This document shows positions 29,895-37,937 of a DNA stretch of 64,000 nucleotides, in pieces. The translations under genes were made by a program, and so were the position numbers. The notes beneath the pieces were generated by a model. The model was not told the DNA's origin, searched no databases, and saw nothing but the letters and a program-made list of their open reading frames with translations. Each line of letters begins with the position of its first letter. Positions within the stretch are counted from its first letter, which is position 1. Source of the DNA: Candidatus Saccharimonadota bacterium (GTDB lineage: Bacteria; Patescibacteriota; Saccharimonadia; UBA4664). Location: assembly GCA_019352195.1 (NCBI GenBank), contig JACAFG010000007.1:10046-74045 (forward strand). The letters are read 5' to 3'.

Positions 29895-30584
29895 TTAATA
29901 CCCGCTAAAACTGTCGATTTTGATATCAGCTAAGGCTACTCCCGCGTTCAGGAGAAGGTGCTCAGTATCCTCGACCATACCCTCCGGACCTGCAATATAA
30001 AATAAGCTGCCCAAATCCCCGATAGCACTCAGTATGTCTTTAGGGCGCTCTTTCTTGGTTTGATCCTTTGTAATAATCAATTTGATATTTGCATGAGGCA
30101 ACTGCCTAATCCACGAATTAATTTCGTCGAGGAAAAGAAATTCGGAGGTCTTGTTGATATATATAAGAGTAATTTGATCACTACTGCTCGTATCAAACAT
30201 TTCTTTTAGCATGCTCCTAAATGGGGCAATACCCACGCCACCAGCAATCAGAACACTTGCCCGGTGGGGCTTAAGTGTAAATTTATAATCATTGCCGAAC
30301 TGAATAATCACTACTTTGTCGCCGGCACGAAGCGAACTAAGCTTGCGTTTAATTTCACTTAGGCCGTCTTTAAACGTTATAACTAAATCAGGCTCAGTAG
30401 GGGATGAAGATAGCGAATAGGTTATTCCGCCATTTAATTGCTCGCCCTCAAAAGCAATATCAATCCAGTCGCCCGACTCGAATTCAAATCCCATAGGACG
30501 TTCAAACACGATACTTCTGCAGCCGCCGGTCTCGGGTGAGTTACGTTTAACAATTAGGGGAATATTCACATTCTTATGAACCAT
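29895..30584 (-). CDS. FNR-like FAD-dependent oxidoreductase
   Basis: YSLSSSP, IAGGVGIAPF, YIAGP..MV, C-terminal FSGY. Confidence 0.88.
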   Translation of the reverse strand: MVHKNVNIPLIVKRNSPETGGCRSIVFERPMGFEFESGDWIDIAFEGEQLNGGITYSLSSSPTEPDLVITFKDGLSEIKRKLSSLRAGDKVVIIQFGNDYKFTLKPHRASVLIAGGVGIAPFRSMLKEMFDTSSSDQITLIYINKTSEFLFLDEINSWIRQLPHANIKLIITKDQTKKERPKDILSAIGDLGSLFYIAGPEGMVEDTEHLLLNAGVALADIKIDSFSGY

Positions 30585-30741
30585 AGACGATAAGCATATC
30601 AGATACTCTAGCTCTCGATTATTTTGCGTAACGGTGGCTATACCAAAACAGTTATTCCGATAACGGTTTTAAAGTCTTAATTCCGATCTGTACATTAGCA
30701 ATTGTCAGTCCCTCTCGTAATAACTACGTTATACTTTCCGT

Positions 30742-31536
30742 ATGCCTCAAGTAACTAACCTGTCTCTAACCAAACAGCAGCAAGCAATTCTCCACGAACT
30801 CTATCGCTTTCGCTTCTTAAACTCATCTCTCCTGGTCAAACTACTCGGTACTTCAAACGTCATTAGAATGAATGAACGACTAAAGCTCTTAAGCCAGAAC
30901 AAATACATCAGTAGACGCTATGAACCAAGCTACAAGCTCTTACACAAGCCGGCTTCGTACTACTTACTTCCGCTTGGAAGAGCATCGCTTAAAGCCATGG
31001 ATGCAAAGTATAGCGAACAAGCCCTCCGGATCGCCCGTCGAGACGCAACGAGAACTGATAAGTTCATTGAGCGATGCCTCGCCCTCGCCGAGCTGGCAGT
31101 TCTCCTGACGGCTCCTCACACCAAGGTATTCACGAAGAGTCAGCTGGTCCGTTATGGCTACTTCCCGCAGCCACTGCCAGACTTATATATTCAGCTCAAG
31201 ACAAATAGTGGTGTGCAGCAGTACTTATTGGAATACCTTGAGAGCAATCAACCACTCAACGCAATTCTTAAAAGCGTCAAGAGATACCTTCAATACAGTG
31301 ACGAAGGGGAGTGGGAAGTCACTGGCACGCGCCTCCCGCCGGTTTTGCTGGTTTGTGATTCAGCCTTGCTCGAAAAACGAGTCCAAAAGTACGGGATGAC
31401 AGTCATCGAAGAAGCGGATGATGAGGTCCTGCGATTCTATACGGCCTGTATTCCAGCAATTACTGATAAGGCAAACCGTCCATGGACATCTCTTCAAGAT
31501 CTCGACGAACAGCTTGAGCTAAAAGAAATCAGGTAA
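30742..31536 (+). CDS. replication-relaxation family protein
   Basis: N-terminal wHTH (IL..LYRFRFL, RL..L....YI.R), PLPD.Y, LLEY, P.VLLVC. Confidence 0.7.
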   Translation: MPQVTNLSLTKQQQAILHELYRFRFLNSSLLVKLLGTSNVIRMNERLKLLSQNKYISRRYEPSYKLLHKPASYYLLPLGRASLKAMDAKYSEQALRIARRDATRTDKFIERCLALAELAVLLTAPHTKVFTKSQLVRYGYFPQPLPDLYIQLKTNSGVQQYLLEYLESNQPLNAILKSVKRYLQYSDEGEWEVTGTRLPPVLLVCDSALLEKRVQKYGMTVIEEADDEVLRFYTACIPAITDKANRPWTSLQDLDEQLELKEIR

Positions 31537-31607
31537 CATCAATTGAGCCTGGAAGCCGCAAGTTCTACCAAACCAGAGGATAAAACTGGAGGAGCGGGCT
31601 ATTAGAT

Positions 31608-31636
31608 TTGACATATAATACAACCTATGCTATTAT
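31608..31636 (+). promoter_or_regulatory. sigma70 promoter
   Basis: TTGACA-17 nt-TATTAT with extended TG. Confidence 0.7.
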
Positions 31637-31806
31637 ATTTTCGTACTTTCACAGATTATGTTTCTGTTAAGCCGTGGCTTTGGGGCCTGCCAAAACAGCA
31701 GTCTCCTAAGCTGCGGCTTATCCTGCCCCAGCAGCAAACCACGGCAGGCTGTAGACTCTGGCAATCCCGCCAGAATAGGCAGTAGGCCATGTCCCAAGGA
31801 GAATCC

Positions 31807-32400
31807 ATGCCCAAGAGTGCGCAAGTCAGCGGCTTCAATGTCGCGGCCCGCAACTACCAAGATCTCGTAAATGAGGTCTTGAACTGCGGTGGTGGTGACG
31901 ACGACATGAATCGTCTTCACGCTGACCGCAATCTGCGACGCAGGATTGCCGAACTGCTCGTTGGCAAACCCGCCCTCAACACCTACCCGCTCACCATCGA
32001 CTACGACCGGTCTCTGGACGCGATGATTGCGGCGGGAAGGTATGACTACGCCAGCTCCAACATCACCGTAGATAACTTCCCGGTGGGAATGGGTGAAAGG
32101 TTGGTCAATGCAGTTCTGGTTCAGTTCGACCACGACCCCTCGGATGACGAGGTGACCCGTGAGTTGGAACGGCTGAACCTCCGCGACGCTAGCATGGCCG
32201 AGGGGCTGGCGTTTGGGGCGACCTACCCCGAGATCCAGCGGCAATTCCCGATCGTCTTCCGCGGCTCCGTCTGGGCCGGCCCGGATGGCAGCCGCAGCGT
32301 GGGCTACCTCTGGGGCCGCCCCGGCAACCGGAGGTTGAACCTCGGCTGGCGCAGCAGCGATTGGGATGCGGACTACCGTTTCCTCGCCGTCCGCAAGTAA
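31807..32400 (+). CDS. probable DGR target protein (C-terminal variable region)
   Basis: AAGGAG RBS; C-terminus V.YL......R.LNL.W....W...YRFLAVRK with NNC/NNT codons at putative variable sites; 14-bp hairpin after stop. Confidence 0.65.
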   Translation: MPKSAQVSGFNVAARNYQDLVNEVLNCGGGDDDMNRLHADRNLRRRIAELLVGKPALNTYPLTIDYDRSLDAMIAAGRYDYASSNITVDNFPVGMGERLVNAVLVQFDHDPSDDEVTRELERLNLRDASMAEGLAFGATYPEIQRQFPIVFRGSVWAGPDGSRSVGYLWGRPGNRRLNLGWRSSDWDADYRFLAVRK

Positions 32401-32561
32401 GTGCCCTTGGGCCCAAGAATCCTCGGAGCTTTGTGCTCCCTTGGATTCTTGGGCCCCGCGGCCTCTGCTGCTTCTCTCACCTCCGGGTGACGGAAGCCGG
32501 CAGGGGCCGTTTTCCATCTCGGGCAAACCATCGTTATGTCCGATCAATCCGCAATGTATAG

Positions 32562-32590
32562 TTGACAAAGCGTAAGTACTATGGTATCAT
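32562..32590 (+). promoter_or_regulatory. sigma70 promoter
   Basis: TTGACA-17 nt-TATCAT. Confidence 0.7.
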
Positions 32591-32772
32591 ACCTACGTTC
32601 AGCTGAGATAACATCATAAGCTGAAAGAACGAACCCCGCCCGCCACAGGGCTTTGCTTGAAATGCAGATACTTTCCGCCCGCTACAGGGCTTCGCTTAGT
32701 AGAAGCTAGTCCGGGAAACCTCCCGAACTAGCAGACATGGCGCAGTGCGCCCATAGGCTGAAGGAGCCTGCA

Positions 32773-33129
32773 ATGAATCTTCGCCCCGCAACGATCGCGG
32801 ACATCCAGGTCGGAACCATCCTCACCGACGTCAATCATGGGATCATCGCCCCCTTGTGGATGATCCAGACGTTGAGGCGTGCGGTTCCGGAATCCCCGGA
32901 CTCCTACTTCGCGGGCCTGAAAATCGAACTGTCATCGTTCGGCGGCAGCTCGTACAACCTCTGGCTCAGGGTCAATCGCATCACCGGCGAAGTGACTTCG
33001 CCCAACAGCGAAGGAGAAGAGGGGCCCTTCCTCGTCATCGACGGGGCAACGGTCCCCGACGGGGACGACCCCGCCGGGTATCTCTACTTCGTCCGGCAGC
33101 AGCTCGCTGCTTCCGGAGCAGCGCTCTGA
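32773..33129 (+). CDS. hypothetical protein
   Basis: AAGGAG RBS, high GC3, terminator-like hairpin at about 33148-33196. Confidence 0.7.
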   Translation: MNLRPATIADIQVGTILTDVNHGIIAPLWMIQTLRRAVPESPDSYFAGLKIELSSFGGSSYNLWLRVNRITGEVTSPNSEGEEGPFLVIDGATVPDGDDPAGYLYFVRQQLAASGAAL

Positions 33130-33242
33130 CCATGTCCTGACCGCTTTGCCCCGTCCGTCTCACTTTCGGGTGATTCGGGCGGGGTGCTTTCTTTTTGTAA
33201 GAAATGGGCCCGGAAGTCACGAAGACTCCCGAGCCCACTCTT

Positions 33243-33557
33243 TTAGTACTCGCTCGCAAGCATTAAAGTCAGTATCCGCCGGCACCTAGGCGACAAGGGA
33301 TCCTCCCAATGCCGAAGATCCTGGTCGTAGTAATCAAGTTTCCAAAATACCTTCTCGGAACCCCACTCGAACTGGCCAAAGTCATGCTCGCCGTATGGAT
33401 CATTACCCTCCGTCCACGCCTCGAAATGACGCACTGCCTCTAGCAGCCCGTGCAAGTCTAAAAGCGCCTGCACCCCCGGAGTAATTGTTACGCCTTGCCC
33501 TGTTGCCCGGAACGCGTCGTTCAATGCCGCCACCTTAGCTGCTTGTTCTGTCTCCAT
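33243..33557 (-). CDS. DUF3768 domain protein
   Basis: LND.FR, NDPYGEHDFG, FWKLDYYD, R.LTLMLASEY; AGGAGG RBS. Confidence 0.88.
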   Translation of the reverse strand: METEQAAKVAALNDAFRATGQGVTITPGVQALLDLHGLLEAVRHFEAWTEGNDPYGEHDFGQFEWGSEKVFWKLDYYDQDLRHWEDPLSPRCRRILTLMLASEY

Positions 33558-33591
33558 CCTGACCTCCTGATGTTATTACCGGGGGAGGCCT

Positions 33592-33721
33592 TACCTCTTG
33601 CCCCTGGAACGAGGGCAAAGGGCATGGCAAAAACCGTCAAGGTGGAGCCCCGCAATGCTTTGCTGGAACGACCTTGATGTTTTTTGAGCTGCCCTTACGA
33701 TGAGAAGACAGGGGAGAGGTA
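33592..33721 (-). promoter_or_regulatory. Frpo/ssi-like single-strand promoter hairpin upstream of DUF3768
   Basis: nested arms TACCTCT-CCCCTG/CAGGGG-AGAGGTA, AAGGGCA/TGCCCTT, GTCAAGG/CCTTGAT; -35 and -10 like boxes lie in the arms. Confidence 0.6.
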
Positions 33722-33993
33722 GCCCGAATCACACAAAGCGTAGGAGCAAAGTATGGAGAACCAATCATTATTAATGGGTTCTAGGCCCACTACTCGCCCC
33801 AGCATTTATTCTCGAATAACGGCCTTATAGAGCTGTTATTTTGCTACTCAGGCCTTGATTGCAATAATCGCCTCCGCAGTGGAACGAGACAATTCAAGGG
33901 GCAAATATTGTGCATAGAACGTATTCATGATATAATATGTTTATTCGCTCTAACCTATCTGTTCGATATCTCACGAGACATCTGGAGAATATA

Positions 33994-34347
33994 GTGAATG
34001 CACCTGTTATTCGATTCGACGACCGCTGGGACCCGGACTCCACCTGGATTCGCATCAATCTTTCGCGATTATTGACTCCTGTCGAGATGGCAGAGCTCGA
34101 AGGGGACATCAAAGCTTGGTGTGAATCTTCGCTTGATGACGGCGATCTCAAATACGTCGACAAGGAATTCAAGAACTACTCAGGCGAGCTCGGTAACTGG
34201 ATTCAGTTCTTCGCTGATTTCAGTTCGGATAACCGACCACTCTTCGATGAGATGTCCCGGGCGGTGAGCTTCGAATTATACGTCGCGTCGGTCTGGGTTG
34301 GTTCCGACTACGGCGGTTGGCCATACCCGGTCGATCTCCAGAAATAA
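33994..34347 (+). CDS. hypothetical protein
   Basis: GGAG RBS before GTG; hairpin at about 34354-34398 after stop. Confidence 0.65.
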   Translation: MNAPVIRFDDRWDPDSTWIRINLSRLLTPVEMAELEGDIKAWCESSLDDGDLKYVDKEFKNYSGELGNWIQFFADFSSDNRPLFDEMSRAVSFELYVASVWVGSDYGGWPYPVDLQK

Positions 34348-34527
34348 CACGCAAGGGCCTGAAGGAGAGAATCTACGGATTCGTGGCCTTCAGGCCCTCC
34401 TTCATGTCTGAGCTTGCTTTTATCGCTCCCCGATATAATAATCATCACGACCAGATGATTGACTTATCTGTTAATATATATTATACTATTTCCGTCAGAA
34501 ATTCCCTTACCCGATATGGAGCCCTAC

Positions 34528-34950
34528 ATGCCCCATCCCACATTCACCGGAATTCGCCTGATTGTCCTCACGAAGGACGCCCCGCTCATTCAGGCGACCG
34601 TGCCCGCGGATGCGCAGGCAGAATTCGACCGGGCGGCGAAGTTCGGCCCACGCAACGGCCCGGTCGCCGCCCTGTACACCACAACCACCGATACCACGGA
34701 CCTTCTCTGGGGCCTCCAACTGGACCCGGGAGTACTGACCCTGTGGATCACCAACGCCGACGAATGCTTGACCTTCGACCAAGTGCAGGCCTTCGAGAAG
34801 GCACACCAGCTCAGGAGACATCGCGAAATCCTGGTTTCGCCAGTAGCGCAGCCTGGCGACGACCTGACCACGGGGATCATCCATCGCAACCATGCGTTCC
34901 GCGCATACTGGGATGCCGGCCTTGTCGGCCCAGGCAGCCCCAATCCGTGA
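34528..34950 (+). CDS. hypothetical protein upstream of hammerhead
   Basis: AT-rich promoter region, GGAG RBS, high GC3. Confidence 0.7.
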   Translation: MPHPTFTGIRLIVLTKDAPLIQATVPADAQAEFDRAAKFGPRNGPVAALYTTTTDTTDLLWGLQLDPGVLTLWITNADECLTFDQVQAFEKAHQLRRHREILVSPVAQPGDDLTTGIIHRNHAFRAYWDAGLVGPGSPNP

Positions 34951-35025
34951 TCCGGTGGCTCCGGCTACCAAAGCACAACGTAATTGATAGTGGTATCCAC
35001 TGTCACAGCCGGTACGTCAACCCGG

Positions 35026-35076
35026 TGCAGTCACTAGATGCTTCTAGTCCGATGAGTCCATGAGGACGAAACTGCA
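35026..35076 (+). ncRNA. type III hammerhead ribozyme
   Basis: stem III TGCAGT/ACTGCA, GTC cleavage triplet, stem I ACTAGA-TGCT-TCTAGT, core CCGATGA (U4C), stem II GTCC-ATGA-GGAC, GAAA. Confidence 0.9.
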
Positions 35077-35223
35077 AAGTGCGCTTACGAGGCTGTTTTA
35101 TTGTTCTAATACCGGCATGAATTGGTATCTCCTACGCATCGCTTGTAGAAATAGTGGTGATGTTGGCCTTGCATTTGATTATTTCGCCAGATATTCCGCG
35201 GCTAATAAGCTATAAAGATTTTA

Positions 35224-35304
35224 GATAGTTGTAAGAATGGAACCTACCTTGAGTACTGGCGGTTAACACTATCAAGCAGGCGAGCCGAAAGGCTCGTTTT
35301 TGTT
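35224..35304 (+). ncRNA. small structured RNA candidate, copy A
   Basis: GATAGTTGT/ACACTATC closing stem, GGAACCTACCTTGAGTACTG core, CGAGCC-GAAA-GGCTCG-TTTTT terminator. Confidence 0.6.
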
Positions 35305-35472
35305 GGTAAAGGTGAAAAACACTGCATCGAACTTGGCGGTTATTCGGCTGCTCTTAAGATGAAAAGACGGGGGAGAGGTATGACCAAGAAAATTGGTGTT
35401 CTCTATTGTGGAGCGGGCAAATAACAAGCCGCTAGGCTCGTATATTTTGCTGAACGCCCGTAGGATAGATAC

Positions 35473-35757
35473 ATGCACAACTTACTTGATAAAACATTCC
35501 GTGACAAAGACGGCCATCTGGCTATTATGCAATTGCCTAACGTCTGGCTGTGGATCTGGATCGTTACGATCGCGCTACAATTCTTCGTAAAAGCCGGCCC
35601 TGGCCACACCCTTATTGTCGCTATCAGCGCCGGTACCCTTCTTGTATGGGCGGCCCTTGAAGCTATTTCCGGCGTAGATTATTTTCGCCGGGCGCTAGGG
35701 ATCGTTGTCTTCGTTTATGTTGTCACCGAGGGGATCATCCGGCTGCTTCACCGCTAG
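35473..35757 (+). CDS. small membrane protein
   Basis: FRDKDGH..I.Q.PN, WA.LE..SGV.YFRR.LG. Confidence 0.75.
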   Translation: MHNLLDKTFRDKDGHLAIMQLPNVWLWIWIVTIALQFFVKAGPGHTLIVAISAGTLLVWAALEAISGVDYFRRALGIVVFVYVVTEGIIRLLHR

Positions 35758-35859
35758 GACGGTATTTCATCTGCCCTTACGATGAGAAGACATGGGGGAG
35801 GTAAGCCCCAAACCCCAGCAAACCTTGCAAAGTAATAACGCTCATGCTACAATGTAAGA

Positions 35860-35953
35860 GATAGTTGTGAGCGTGGAGCCTATCTTGAGTACTGCAGGTG
35901 CCAGCTAGGTGCAAACACTATCCGCATTACGAGCCGAAAGGCTCGTTTTGTTT
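35860..35953 (+). ncRNA. small structured RNA candidate, copy B
   Basis: TTGCAA-17-TACAAT promoter (35825-35853), same closing stem, core and identical terminator hairpin as copy A. Confidence 0.65.
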
Positions 35954-36047
35954 AGCCATGACAAGTGTCGTAACGGCCGGTTAGCCGTGTCCAAACGAAT
36001 CTGGGCGCTCGGTGTAAAATAAGGTTAGCCAAATAAGGAATCAAGTT

Positions 36048-36698
36048 ATGTGCGGTAGATATGCACTCGCTATCAAATCGGGAGTCAAATTGGCCGCTGC
36101 CCCGTTGCCGGACAGCGTCTACAGTACGCCGCGCTATAACGTTGGCCCAGGCCAATCCGTACCCATCCTGACGGCCAACGGCTGGGAAAGGGCCCACTTC
36201 GGACTGGTGCCAGCCTGGGCCAAGAGCCCCGGCGCTGGTTACACCATGATTAATGCGCGCGCTGAAACGCTGATGGAGAAGCGCACCTATTCTGGATTAT
36301 TAAAAGCCCATCGCTGCCTTATCCCGGCCAGTGGCTTTTTCGAGTGGGAGAAAGCAGGCAAAGACAAGTTACCGTATTACTTTACCGTCAAAGACGCGCC
36401 GATCATCGCTTTTGCCGGCCTTTGGACCGAACGTAAAGATTCCGAAGGGGTAGTGCTGAAAAGCTTCACCATCATCACCACCGAAGCCAATGAACTCCTC
36501 GCAAAAATTCACGACCGTATGCCAGTAATATTAGACGAAGCCGTCCAGGCGGAGTGGCTAAGCCTAGACGGAGGGGACACGGTTGGCTTAATGTCGCTCC
36601 TCCAACCGTATCCGGCAGCGAAGATGGACAGTCACCGCGTCTCTACTGACGTTAACAAAGTGAGCAACGACGCGGCCAACCTGCTTAATTCGCTCTAA
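36048..36698 (+). CDS. SOS response-associated peptidase (SRAP/YedK/HMCES family)
   Basis: MCGRY, PRYNV.P, INARAET, RCLIPASGFFEW, IHDRMPVIL. Confidence 0.95.
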   Translation: MCGRYALAIKSGVKLAAAPLPDSVYSTPRYNVGPGQSVPILTANGWERAHFGLVPAWAKSPGAGYTMINARAETLMEKRTYSGLLKAHRCLIPASGFFEWEKAGKDKLPYYFTVKDAPIIAFAGLWTERKDSEGVVLKSFTIITTEANELLAKIHDRMPVILDEAVQAEWLSLDGGDTVGLMSLLQPYPAAKMDSHRVSTDVNKVSNDAANLLNSL

Positions 36699-36789
36699 CG
36701 GCTGCTCCACCATGGCGCCACAAATTGCTTGAACGCGTATTACACTTATGCTATATTGCCCGCATATAAGCTAAAAACCAAAAGGAACT

Positions 36790-37125
36790 ATGAAAAGAAT
36801 TATTCACGATCAGCGCGGATTCGCGATGGTTCTGGAACTCGCCCTCGCCGCCGTAGTAATAGCCGTGATTGTGGTCGGTGTCATTGCAAGTCGCCATGCC
36901 AAATCGGTCGCAGCGACGACCCAGTCGACGGCTACACCAGCCACAGTCGCCGCAACAACTTCAAGTCCAGCTGCCAACGGAAGTGTCAGTAACGTCCAAG
37001 CGGCGCTTATTCAAGACTCCACGTCCGACGCGACCGCGTCGGCGCAAGAAGGCTCCGTGACCCCTGATGATGGCACGGCGTCAGCTCAAAGCATGGGAGG
37101 GAGCTACGATGAAAACTCGTTCTAA
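36790..37125 (+). CDS. pilin-like protein with class III signal peptide
   Basis: QRG|FAMVLE followed by hydrophobic helix, S/T/A-rich tail. Confidence 0.65.
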   Translation: MKRIIHDQRGFAMVLELALAAVVIAVIVVGVIASRHAKSVAATTQSTATPATVAATTSSPAANGSVSNVQAALIQDSTSDATASAQEGSVTPDDGTASAQSMGGSYDENSF

Positions 37126-37870
37126 ACTTACCCCCGTAGTCGCCAGTCTCAGCCTGGTGCTCAGTTTTAGCACCGCTCCAATGTCAGCTTTCGCCGCCCC
37201 GAGCCCTGCTGCTTCGCCGGCCGAGCGCGGTTTTTGTACTAGTCTTGGAGCTGACGAATCGAGAATAGGCAGCGGCATCGCCACTCAATCCGCCAAACTA
37301 ACCGCCGACCGCGCCTCAGCCGCCGCCAAGCTCCAGGCGGAGCGCGCCAGCGTTGATGCCACCGTAACCTCAGACCGTGCGAACTGGGATACAAAGCGAC
37401 AGGCGTACTTTACCTCGCTTGAAGGAAAAGCAACCTCAACGAGCACCCAACAGGCGGTCTCAAGTTTCGAACAAACCGTTCTCTCGGCCGTCACAACCCG
37501 TCGCAGCGCGGTTGATACCGCTCGCAATACCTTTCGCTCCGGCGTCGATGCCGCCATCGCGAGCCGCCATGCCCAAGTTGATGCTGCCACCTCGGCCTTT
37601 AGGACTGCCGTGTCGAACGTTGAAGCGTCGGCTCAGGCCAGCTGTACGAGCGGCGTGGCCCCAGCTTCCGTTCGGACGACGTTTGTCGCCGGTCTCAAGA
37701 GTGCACGCATGACCTTGCAGTCATCGCTCTCAAGCATTCCAAAGCTCGACCCGGTCGTAAAATCGCTAGCCCAAACCCGCCAGACAGCTGTCAGTGGTGC
37801 TGACGCGACCTTTAAGACAAGCGTTGACCAAGCTTCGACGACGCTCAAAGCCGCCTTGCATCAATCCTAG
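37109..37870 (+). CDS. secreted alpha-helical hypothetical protein
   Basis: GGAGG RBS, signal peptide ending AFA, two Cys, coiled-coil composition. Confidence 0.75.
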   Translation: MKTRSKLTPVVASLSLVLSFSTAPMSAFAAPSPAASPAERGFCTSLGADESRIGSGIATQSAKLTADRASAAAKLQAERASVDATVTSDRANWDTKRQAYFTSLEGKATSTSTQQAVSSFEQTVLSAVTTRRSAVDTARNTFRSGVDAAIASRHAQVDAATSAFRTAVSNVEASAQASCTSGVAPASVRTTFVAGLKSARMTLQSSLSSIPKLDPVVKSLAQTRQTAVSGADATFKTSVDQASTTLKAALHQS

Positions 37871-37873
37871 TCC

Positions 37874-37907
37874 ATCGGCCCAGCTTCGGTGACGGAGCTG
37901 GGCCGAT
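37874..37907. terminator. hairpin between convergent genes
   Basis: ATCGGCCCAGCTTC..GGAGCTGGGCCGAT. Confidence 0.6.
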
Positions 37908-37937
37908 CAGGCGGTTATGCAGACGAGATCCTATAAC

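Noticed and set aside
31633-32568. 311-aa minus-strand ORF and similar long antisense ORFs (34507-34971, 48237-48683, 58738-59244)
   Set aside because: They are shadow frames of GC3-rich genes on the opposite strand, which have promoter and/or RBS support.
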